This document shows, in pieces, positions 56,509 to 64,000 of a DNA stretch of 64,000 nt. Every line of letters begins with the position of its first letter. Position 1 is the first letter of the stretch. The position numbers and the translations under genes were made by a program. The notes under the pieces are model-generated. The model saw only the letters and a program-made list of their open reading frames with translations. It was not told where the DNA came from and ran no database searches. The stretch is from Candidatus Lloydbacteria bacterium RIFCSPHIGHO2_02_FULL_50_18 (GTDB lineage: Bacteria > Patescibacteriota > Minisyncoccia > Phycocordibacterales > UBA6899): the NCBI GenBank assembly GCA_001821395.1, contig MHLM01000006.1:1-64000 (forward strand). Reading direction: 5' to 3'.

Positions 56509-57039
56509 ATGTCCGGTCACAGCAAGTGGGCGCAAATTAAACGGCAAAAAGGTGCGGAGGACTCGAAGAAATCGAAGGTATTTGGAAAACTCGGTAGTCT
56601 CATAGCAACGGAATCCCGTAAGGCCGGAGGTGATGTCAACGCGCCGGGCCTGCGTATGCTGATCGAGAAAGCAAAAAAAGAGAACATGCCAAAAGACACA
56701 ATCGAACGCGCCGTTAAAAAAGGCGCCGGAGGTGAGGTCGAGACCATGGAGGCACTCACCTACGAGGGGTACGGGCCGGGCGGCTGCGCGCTCATCATCG
56801 AGGCATTCACCAGTAATCGGAACAAAGCATCCCAAGAGATCAAACACATCTTAACAAGAAGCGGGGGATCGCTTGCCGCACAAGGAGCTGCCGCGTGGGC
56901 TTTCACAAAAACAGAGGAAGGATGGGAGCCAAACTCCACCATTCCACTCTCCGACGAAGATGGTGCGGTACTCTCGACTATCATCGAAGACCTTGAGAAC
57001 AATGACGAAGTACAGGAGGTCTTCACCAACGCCGACTAG
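56509..57039 (+). CDS. YebC/PmpR-family protein (short)
   Basis: MSGHSKWAQIKRQKG N-terminus. Confidence 0.75.
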   Translation: MSGHSKWAQIKRQKGAEDSKKSKVFGKLGSLIATESRKAGGDVNAPGLRMLIEKAKKENMPKDTIERAVKKGAGGEVETMEALTYEGYGPGGCALIIEAFTSNRNKASQEIKHILTRSGGSLAAQGAAAWAFTKTEEGWEPNSTIPLSDEDGAVLSTIIEDLENNDEVQEVFTNAD

Positions 57040-57180
57040 TCAATCACGAGAGGTGCTGCGACTGAAGTACTTTTCACGATTTGTTTTTTCATCATACAAT
57101 ACGCATCCCAGTAACTCAGTAGCCCGAGATAAAAAGCGGGTGACAATGTGTCATATCAACCACCATACTATTCGACATTT

Positions 57181-57210
57181 AGAGCATTTGCTACTATAAG
57201 CAAATGCTCT
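57181..57210. promoter_or_regulatory. Perfect 12-bp-arm palindrome AGAGCATTTGCT-ACTATA-AGCAAATGCTCT; related imperfect copies at 57640..57657 and 58197..58220
   Basis: Overlaps the ATG of the 57204 ORF; operator-like. Confidence 0.45.
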
Positions 57211-57587
57211 ATCATTCGAAAGCAAAATTGGAAAAATTGAAAAAGAAACGGATCGCGGCACGATATGATATGTCCGGACGACCGACCCCCGAAGAACGAG
57301 CACGAAGACTTTTGCATGCAGAGCCGATCTGGGGACCAATACTCCGCGAATGTCTCGCCATCGCGGACGAGAAAGAACGCAGTAAAAAGAGCACGAGTGG
57401 CTTTGCTGGTGCATGGGTCATGCAAGCACTGCGAGCGAAAGGTATCACTCCTCCAAACAATCTGCGTACCCCAGCCTGCCTTGGTATTTTGAAGTTAGTC
57501 GCGACGACACGCTCCGGGAATCGCGCCTACTACCACATCCCCGATCCAAAAGGTCTCGCCAGGGCATTAAAAAGTTCGACCCGCTGA
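57204..57587 (+). CDS. Hypothetical basic protein
   Basis: 127-aa ORF whose start codon lies inside the palindrome. Confidence 0.35.
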   Translation: MLYHSKAKLEKLKKKRIAARYDMSGRPTPEERARRLLHAEPIWGPILRECLAIADEKERSKKSTSGFAGAWVMQALRAKGITPPNNLRTPACLGILKLVATTRSGNRAYYHIPDPKGLARALKSSTR

Positions 57588-57805
57588 GTAGCGAGGCTTC
57601 CACTGCTCCGCTCACCCCAATATCCACATTTGTGAATCTGCACATGCTTATCGTAGCGACCTGAATTTCACGACCGCAGGGAGATGAAATTGGAAGTACT
57701 CTCTATGGTGCAAATGCAAGATGAACCAATTGGTGGAGAAGACTTCATCTTCCTTTATGAATTAGGCGCTTCAAAATGAAGCTCCACGCAGCAAGCTGTA
57801 CCCTC

Positions 57806-58049
57806 GCTCGCTCCGCTCCGCATCGGCGTGGTATCTCAGGAGCTCCGCTCTAGATTATCTTGAGAAACCAACGGTTTCTCAGGCTCTTCCTCAGCGGAGT
57901 CCCCGCCGCAAGCGGACGGGGTATGGAGAGAAATGAAGCCCCCCGAGGCAGAGCATACCCTCACTCCGCTACCGCTCCGTATCGACAGAATATCGAGAGA
58001 TTCGCCCTAGACCACCCTGAGAAACCAACGGTTTCTCAGGCTCTTCCTT
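57806..58049 (+). repeat. Two ~85-bp direct repeats (period ~160 bp), each carrying the hairpin GAGAAACC-AACG-GTTTCTC
   Basis: 31-bp cores at 57861..57891 and 58018..58048 identical; no ORF. Confidence 0.7.
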
Positions 58050-58583
58050 GGTGGAGACCCTGTAGTAGAACCACGAGGAATTGAGAGACTGAAAACTGGT
58101 GTGTCGATATTATCGATACCACAGACGGTGTCCAAAAAGGGGAGGTGTCGGATGAAACAAATTATCGAATAACTACCGCCATTATGTTTTCTCTTTGCAC
58201 ATGCTTATAGTAGCAAATGCGAAGAGTAAAATTACTGTTGCAACTAATTTCCGTTAGGTATCACCACAATTCAGGGGAACAAGATTTCAAGAAATTATTT
58301 CGCACGAAGTTTCAACGTATCAAAAATACAAAGGGCCAGTTCGATCACCATGGGCAGGAGCCCGGGGGTTAATCGTCGGCTAGAGTGTGGAAGTGAAATA
58401 GGGCATCAGCGAAGCGCTGGTGAGTTTTACGCACCGCAGCGCCTATTACTCAAACTGCGCGTCCATTCCCGTGCAGAGCACGGGATTTTAATTCCGCACA
58501 ATAAAAAGCCCCGCGCCGTATTTGCATACATGCGTGGGGCGATATTGAAGGTCAAAATATCAGCATGACACAAGAAATCCAAG

Positions 58584-60461
58584 TTACCCAGCATCAGACT
58601 TGCGGATACGGAAGACAAACTGGTAGCTCGCACTCCACCTACCCGAGGGCTCCGCATGGCTCGTGTTGAGCCACAGACCATCATCGTTCCGATAGAGGTT
58701 GAATATGTTCGGGTAGCCATCGCGGACAGAAATTTGTTTAATTCCTATGCGCATCCATTCGGGATTGTCAGTGGCGAGGCGCAGTGCGGGACCCACTTCG
58801 GGAGGACAGAGTTCCAGTCCCCACTCGTTTGCTCGCTTGTATATTTCATCAGTCGTTGCACCTTGTGAAAGTCCGAGGTCGAAAACGGTGAGGCGTACGA
58901 GTGCGATATGCTCGCCGGATGGAAGTGTGACGAACTCAGGACTTTCCAAGAGTTGCTGTGCATAGGTACCAATTTTGATGTTTTTCTCTGTAAGTGCATT
59001 GAGGTATTCTTCTTTGGCTTTTCCTCCGATCTCGATGTTGTATGTTTGGAGTTTGCCTTCGGGAAAAGTGGTATAGATATGTTCGATGTTTGATTGAAAG
59101 ATTTTGGAGGAAAGTGTTCCCACATAGGCGATAGTATCCGTGGTAACCTCGCCTTCATTGTGCGCGATCTGTTCTTTTGTGCAACCGAAGATCATTGGCA
59201 TGTCTTCTCCGGGGTTTCTTTTATCGCGGAGTTCTTTGATGCGCGGGTCTTTCTTGTAGCCAAAGCCTTCTATCGAAGTGTCAACTTCATAGAGGAAGGT
59301 GAGGTCTTCTTTGGAGAATGATTCGCCCTTCTTTGTCTTCTGTTCAAGCAGCGTGAGATACCTCATGTCTTCCGACTTTTTTTCATAGGAGGCTCCATCG
59401 GGAAATTCCTTCATTTTCAGGGCTATGACGGGAGCGATGAAGGGGTCGATGTTTTGATTGGGAGCGATGCCGCGGACCTCAGCGATGCTTCCCTCTTGCA
59501 TGCGGATGGCGGCACGGGGAATGACTGCTTCACCGTCCTGGTTTATTGAGTAGTATACGAAGAAGTCACCTCCTTCGAGCTGTGTCTGTGCAGTGCTCAT
59601 GTTTGCGGTGCACCATTCGAGGGGATAGCCGTCGAGTGAGCGGACGAGCGGGGTGGGGTCTGAGTGTTGCGGATAGGTGACCCACTCGCCGCGCGTTTCT
59701 TCAAGCCCTTCTTTGCTATATGCAGGAAGCTCGATCAAGAATTGGGTATAGAGCTTGGGGAAGCTTTCCCCCGCAAGGAGGGTGGCAAACTCCTCATCGA
59801 AAAGCTTAGTACTCGTATTTGGTACGGGCATGCGCTCGCCTTTTGCTTTTTGTTGCTCGGTGATGCGTTTTTCCATTGCGGCGACGACCATACCCAGTGC
59901 GCGAGGGTTGAGCGGAGGAAATGGTGCAACGGTATTCTTTTCACGCTTCGCAAAGCGTGCGGATTCTTTTCCTTCTTCGTCTTCCGCCTTCTCAAACTTT
60001 CCCATATTGACCATCTGGGTGAATGCCCAATACTTTGCCCATATGGGGTATTGTGCATCGGGTGAAGTGAGATAGTCGACCCACTTATCGAGGCTTTCTT
60101 CTTGGGCATGGATGATTTCCTCCTGCTTTTTTTCTTTGTATTCGTTGGTGATTTCAACCGTACCATGTCCGAGATTGCGGGCGATGCGTTGCTCGAGGAG
60201 GTATGCGGCCTCGGGTACTTCGTCCGGAGTGATGACGTATTCCTTTTTATAATAGTCCTTGATGCGCTCGAGGACTTCCGGATTGTCGGGGTGTCCCATG
60301 TGGGTCTCTTCAAGAACACGCATCCAATCCGCGATCTTGTCTGCGGGTTTTTGGTGTACTTCCTCACCTGCACGTGCGCGCTGTGTCTGCTCGTACTCAA
60401 CGGGGTCGGAAATGTGGAGTGCGGGGTCTTTTTGGTGGAGGAATTGTTCGGGGGATTCCAT
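58584..60461 (-). CDS. Large hypothetical protein (625 aa), acidic, with no recognisable domains
   Basis: Long ORF with a terminator at 58508..58545 downstream. Confidence 0.5.
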   Translation of the reverse strand: MESPEQFLHQKDPALHISDPVEYEQTQRARAGEEVHQKPADKIADWMRVLEETHMGHPDNPEVLERIKDYYKKEYVITPDEVPEAAYLLEQRIARNLGHGTVEITNEYKEKKQEEIIHAQEESLDKWVDYLTSPDAQYPIWAKYWAFTQMVNMGKFEKAEDEEGKESARFAKREKNTVAPFPPLNPRALGMVVAAMEKRITEQQKAKGERMPVPNTSTKLFDEEFATLLAGESFPKLYTQFLIELPAYSKEGLEETRGEWVTYPQHSDPTPLVRSLDGYPLEWCTANMSTAQTQLEGGDFFVYYSINQDGEAVIPRAAIRMQEGSIAEVRGIAPNQNIDPFIAPVIALKMKEFPDGASYEKKSEDMRYLTLLEQKTKKGESFSKEDLTFLYEVDTSIEGFGYKKDPRIKELRDKRNPGEDMPMIFGCTKEQIAHNEGEVTTDTIAYVGTLSSKIFQSNIEHIYTTFPEGKLQTYNIEIGGKAKEEYLNALTEKNIKIGTYAQQLLESPEFVTLPSGEHIALVRLTVFDLGLSQGATTDEIYKRANEWGLELCPPEVGPALRLATDNPEWMRIGIKQISVRDGYPNIFNLYRNDDGLWLNTSHAEPSGRWSASYQFVFRIRKSDAG

Positions 60462-60542
60462 ACTCCAAATCTATCAGAGATGGGTTTCTCCGTCTAACAG
60501 CGAACACTTGCTTCCTGATGTCCGATACTTAATACTGATGTC

Positions 60543-61034
60543 ATGACTGTCTTAGCCATCGATCCGGGATTTGGGCGGTGTGGGGTTGCCGTACTTGAGG
60601 GAGACGGAGCGAGGGCAACCCTCCTTTATTCTGCGTGCGTGGAAACAGGTCCGAAGAATACTTTTCCTGAACGCCTACTTACGGTCGCAACTGAAGTGAC
60701 GCGTCTCATTGAAGTGTATACACCGGAAACAATGTCCATCGAGGAGATCTATTTCACCAACAACGCAAAAACGGCGATCAATGTCGCGGAGATCCGCGGC
60801 ATGCTTATTTACCTTGCCACTTCACGAAAAATTCCCCTTGTTGAATTCAATCCCCTTGCGGTCAAGATCGCCATAACGGGGTACGGCCGCGCGACGAAAG
60901 AGCAGGTTACCAAAATGGTGAAAAAACTTGTCGCTATCCCAAACAAGAAGATGCTCGACGACGAATATGACGCCATCGCCCTTGGCCTCACCGCTCTCGC
61001 CCACGCGCGACACACACAATCTCGAAAGCTCTAA
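60543..61034 (+). CDS. ruvC: Crossover junction endodeoxyribonuclease RuvC
   Basis: VLAIDPGFGRCGVAVLE N-terminal signature. Confidence 0.85.
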   Translation: MTVLAIDPGFGRCGVAVLEGDGARATLLYSACVETGPKNTFPERLLTVATEVTRLIEVYTPETMSIEEIYFTNNAKTAINVAEIRGMLIYLATSRKIPLVEFNPLAVKIAITGYGRATKEQVTKMVKKLVAIPNKKMLDDEYDAIALGLTALAHARHTQSRKL

Positions 61035-61391
61035 CTCTATTAAGCGAGGGTTTTCCTTTTTGAGAAGCCTTGCGGAGGCCCATGAGCCCGGCATGGTCAA
61101 CGCCGAAGGCGTTGCGGGCTCGCCGAGCAGAATCACAATTTTTCGCTGGAAAAATTGATGATGAGCTTTTCAAAAAGGAAAACCCGAGCGCCCCTTTATC
61201 CACAGTTTTCTTCCCAACCCTTGCAAAAAAACACTGAAATATGTTACATAATGGATTAGCCCTGTGAGTTGTATTCTCTCTAGTGTTCCGACTGAGCATT
61301 CTACTCGGACGCCAGAGGCATCTCACGAACGTGTTGCATTGTTGTCACATGGGGTGGTCGGATTATGAATTAATTAAGGTAAAATCTAATC

Positions 61392-61550
61392 ATGAGCGAT
61401 GATTTTCTCGCAGGAGGGGTCCTCCCGGGTGATGATGCATTAGTAGGCGCGGATGATCCAAATGCGGTGAGCAGTGATGCTTTCCTCGATGAACTCGATC
61501 TACCTCTCGGAATTTTCGAGGAGGATGACGAGATGCCTGAAGACGAATAG
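61392..61550 (+). CDS. Small, highly acidic hypothetical protein (52 aa)
   Basis: ATG..TAG ORF below the ORF-track length cutoff; followed by a strong terminator. Confidence 0.25.
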   Translation: MSDDFLAGGVLPGDDALVGADDPNAVSSDAFLDELDLPLGIFEEDDEMPEDE

Positions 61551-61560
61551 CCGGTCACAA

Positions 61561-61592
61561 TAAAAAACTCGCCCTAGTGGGCGAGTTTTTTA
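61561..61592. terminator. Bidirectional rho-independent terminator (AAAAAACTCGCCC-TAGT-GGGCGAGTTTTTT)
   Basis: Perfect hairpin flanked by an A-run and a T-run between convergent genes. Confidence 0.8.
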
Positions 61593-61593
61593 T

Positions 61594-63042
61594 TTACTTG
61601 ATGTCGAATGAAACGAACCGATGTTTTCCTATCTTGAGGATGATCGGCTCATTGATCACCACCTGAGGATCGGTCAATTTTTCCTCTCCGTTCTTCTTGA
61701 TCGCCCCATCGGTCATCAGTCTACGGAAGTCAGTCTTTGACTCAACGATATGCTGTGTGAGCAGCGCGTCGACAAGCAATGTTCCTCTTGCGACCGAAAC
61801 GACTGGGATATCATCGGGAATTTCTTTTTTCTGGAACGTATTCACAAAATTCTCACGTGCACCCCTCCCCGCCTCTGCACCATGGTAGATATTCACGATC
61901 TGTTCGGCAAGGTCCATTTTCACCTCCTTTGGATGCAGCTTACCGGATGCCAGTTTTTTCTCTATTTCTCTTACCTCTGCGACGGGTGTATAAGTACAGA
62001 GTTCGAAATATTTCGGCAAAACACTGTCAGGGATACTCATTAATTTGCCAAACATATCATTCGGCTCATCCGTGATTCCCACATAATTATCAAGTGATTT
62101 CGACATTTTTTCTTTCCCATCGAGCCCGACGAGGAGATCGAAGGCAAGTACCGCTTGAGCTTCTTTTTTGGTCATTTCCATTACCTTCCTCCCGATAAGC
62201 ATATTGAACGTCTGGTCAGTCCCGCCAACCTCAAGGTCACATGAGCCATATACTTGAGCAAGTACATCGGAGTCGATCCCCTGCATCACCGGATAGAGCA
62301 TCTCATGCATGAACAGTGGCTCACTGCTTTTTATGCGATCCTGAAACATGTCGCGTTCGATCAACTGCGCAAGAGAGATCTTTCTCAATACGGCGAGCAT
62401 GTTGACCAGCGAGACACTGTGCACTGCGGTGCGGGAAAGAAAAGATTTTTGCATGCGCGTATTCTCGTACACGACGGCTTTTGAAACAAAAGAATTGGAC
62501 GCGATAGGAATATTGATTTTCTTTCCGTCGAATTCTGCCGTGAGCGCGCTCTGACTCGCACCCTCGGGAGTGATATCGGTGACTCCATAGAACCAGTCAG
62601 AATTGCGCATCCAACTGAATGACCGGCCATCCTTCATCGCACCAGAATCATCTCTTTCAACAAGAAGGATCTTGTCTACCTGATCAAGATACGTACGCAT
62701 GTTCTCATTGATCGCCGCCTGGTCGACCTCCGGCCGAACTTTGCTTTTGCCGGTAGGGTCACCGATCAACGCGGTAAAATCCCCGATCAAGAAGATGACC
62801 TTCACTCCCATGTCCTGCATTTGGCGGAGCTTACGCAGTACTACGGCGTGACCCAAGTGAATGTCCGGTCGGGTCGGGTCGACACCGAACTTCACGATAA
62901 TCTCGGCATTACTTGTTCCATTCGCCCTTGCGATCAATTTTTTGCGAAATACTCCATTGGGATCAACGAATGTGCCGACCCCGCGCGTCAAAATGTCGTC
63001 GACGCGTGCTTCTATCTCCTTTGTATTGTCTATCTTTTCCAT
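61594..63042 (-). CDS. tyrS: Tyrosine--tRNA ligase
   Basis: HLGH (HIGH) motif, IGDPTGKS, KMSKS, C-terminal S4-like domain. Confidence 0.75.
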   Translation of the reverse strand: MEKIDNTKEIEARVDDILTRGVGTFVDPNGVFRKKLIARANGTSNAEIIVKFGVDPTRPDIHLGHAVVLRKLRQMQDMGVKVIFLIGDFTALIGDPTGKSKVRPEVDQAAINENMRTYLDQVDKILLVERDDSGAMKDGRSFSWMRNSDWFYGVTDITPEGASQSALTAEFDGKKINIPIASNSFVSKAVVYENTRMQKSFLSRTAVHSVSLVNMLAVLRKISLAQLIERDMFQDRIKSSEPLFMHEMLYPVMQGIDSDVLAQVYGSCDLEVGGTDQTFNMLIGRKVMEMTKKEAQAVLAFDLLVGLDGKEKMSKSLDNYVGITDEPNDMFGKLMSIPDSVLPKYFELCTYTPVAEVREIEKKLASGKLHPKEVKMDLAEQIVNIYHGAEAGRGARENFVNTFQKKEIPDDIPVVSVARGTLLVDALLTQHIVESKTDFRRLMTDGAIKKNGEEKLTDPQVVINEPIILKIGKHRFVSFDIK

Positions 63043-63236
63043 AGAACAAATCCTAACATGGTGTCTTTAGTTTGTCTTATGAACCCATTTTTTGTGATAA
63101 ACTGTGTAGGATTTGCATATTTTGCGAATTTCTTCTTTACTACACTTTCTTGCTTCCGAATTGTAGAGCGCGAGAGCGTAGCAGGAAGCAGTGCTTGCCC
63201 TCGGGGCAACATGAACACACGCAGACCTTACTGAAT

Positions 63237-64000
63237 ATGCTAAAAAAACACCGCAGGAATAAGGGGAATTTCTTATATTGGCTACAGATCATAACGATCA
63301 CCATGCTTATTTTGGGTATTTTTTTAGTGAGCGCATTCCTAATCTGGGCCGCAACGATCAAGATACCGGACTTTAGCCTGTTCGAATCGCGCAAAGTCTC
63401 TCAATCCACCAAGCTCTATGACCGTACCGGAACGATCCTTCTGTATGATGTCCACAAGGATATTCGCCGTACGATCGTACCGTTTGAAAAGATCAGCCCG
63501 TATGTCAAGAATGCCAGCGTCGCGATCGAGGATGAGCGCTTTTACCAACACATAGGGATAGAGCCGAAAGCGATATTACGTGCGGTCTTGGTGAATCTTC
63601 ATCTTCGCGAGGGATATCTTGGTCAGGGAGGTTCTACGATCACTCAGCAGGTGATCAAAAATGCGCTCTTAACGAACGAGAGGACGATCACCCGCAAACT
63701 GACTGAATGGATACTTGCGATCAAGCTCGAACGACAGCTGAACAAAGAACAGATCTTGACCCTGTATCTGAATGAAGCACCCTATGGAGGAAACATCTAC
63801 GGGGTTGAGGAGGCGAGCATGTCGTTCTTTGGAAAACATGCGGGAGAGATCACCCTTGCTGAAGCGGCATACCTTGCAGCACTTCCTCAATCACCGACGC
63901 GCTACTCACCGTACGGAAACAATATTACACTGCTTGAAACACGCAAAAATATCGTATTAAAAAAAATGAGCGAGCTCGGCTCAATCTCGGAAGATGAATA
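63237..64000 (+). CDS. Penicillin-binding protein 1A (GT51 transglycosylase domain), partial; continues beyond the window
   Basis: N-terminal TM; IEDERFYQHIGIEPKAILRA and GGSTITQQVIKN transglycosylase motifs. Confidence 0.8.
   Translation, partial: MLKKHRRNKGNFLYWLQIITITMLILGIFLVSAFLIWAATIKIPDFSLFESRKVSQSTKLYDRTGTILLYDVHKDIRRTIVPFEKISPYVKNASVAIEDERFYQHIGIEPKAILRAVLVNLHLREGYLGQGGSTITQQVIKNALLTNERTITRKLTEWILAIKLERQLNKEQILTLYLNEAPYGGNIYGVEEASMSFFGKHAGEITLAEAAYLAALPQSPTRYSPYGNNITLLETRKNIVLKKMSELGSISEDE

Noticed and set aside
57615-57635. Possible oriC (ATATCCACA DnaA-box-like 9-mer)
   Set aside because: A single 8/9 match; no dnaA gene, no DnaA-box cluster and no AT-rich DUE nearby.
57806-58049. 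Possible CRISPR array
   Set aside because: Only two repeat units, about 85 bp long with a 160-bp period, and no cas genes. It does not fit CRISPR repeat/spacer geometry.
58100-58495. Possible tmRNA or RNase P RNA in a 400-bp ORF-free stretch
   Set aside because: No tRNA-like 3' domain (GGTTCGANTCC plus acceptor) for tmRNA. No RNase P conserved blocks (AGGAAAGUCCGGGCUCC). Only the GGGCAGG fragment matches.

Overview
The window is a bacterial chromosomal segment of about 50% GC. Recognisable housekeeping genes include ruvA, ruvB, ruvC, ruvX, polA, tyrS, gmk, uppS, rplS, rpsT, tsaE, a MurE-like ligase, the N-terminus of PBP1A, pilM/pilN/pilO plus a GspE/PilB ATPase, and the prkA-yeaH-spoVR operon. 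There are eight tRNA genes, none with an encoded CCA. The first ~21 kb (about 290..21359) reads as a genomic island inserted at the 3' end of tRNA-His: 57-bp direct repeats containing the tRNA 3' end plus its terminator hairpin bracket it. The island carries a phage-like module (ParB-fused and stand-alone beta-class DNA methyltransferases plus a terminase-small-subunit-like HTH protein). It also carries a low-GC type I restriction-modification operon (XRE-type HTH, two tandem hsdM paralogs, hsdS, hsdR and a trailing 384-aa zinc-ribbon protein) flanked by short direct repeats and followed by a large serine recombinase. The most interesting candidate system is a tightly coupled four-gene operon on the minus strand: a ubiquitin-like beta-grasp protein ending in a single Gly, a Cys-less E2/UEV-like protein, a JAB/MPN-E1(ThiF/MoeB) fusion, and a small four-TM protein. 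An XRE-HTH plus ImmA/IrrE metallopeptidase pair (CapH/CapP-like) is transcribed divergently from this operon, with a 20-bp palindromic operator candidate between them. Other notable features are a RAYT (IS200-like Y1 transposase) flanked by inverted REP palindromes with a third REP copy 19 kb away, and a conserved hairpin motif with covarying outer stems present at the island end and next to tRNA-Leu. There are also tRNA-fragment duplications at the tRNA-Lys locus, a promoter/terminator-bounded candidate small RNA upstream of a tRNA-Arg/Val pair, and a CTCTAGCGGG motif family that could form alternative RNA pairings and is complementary to the recombinase translation-start region. All calls come from reading the sequence and ORF translations; no database search was possible.
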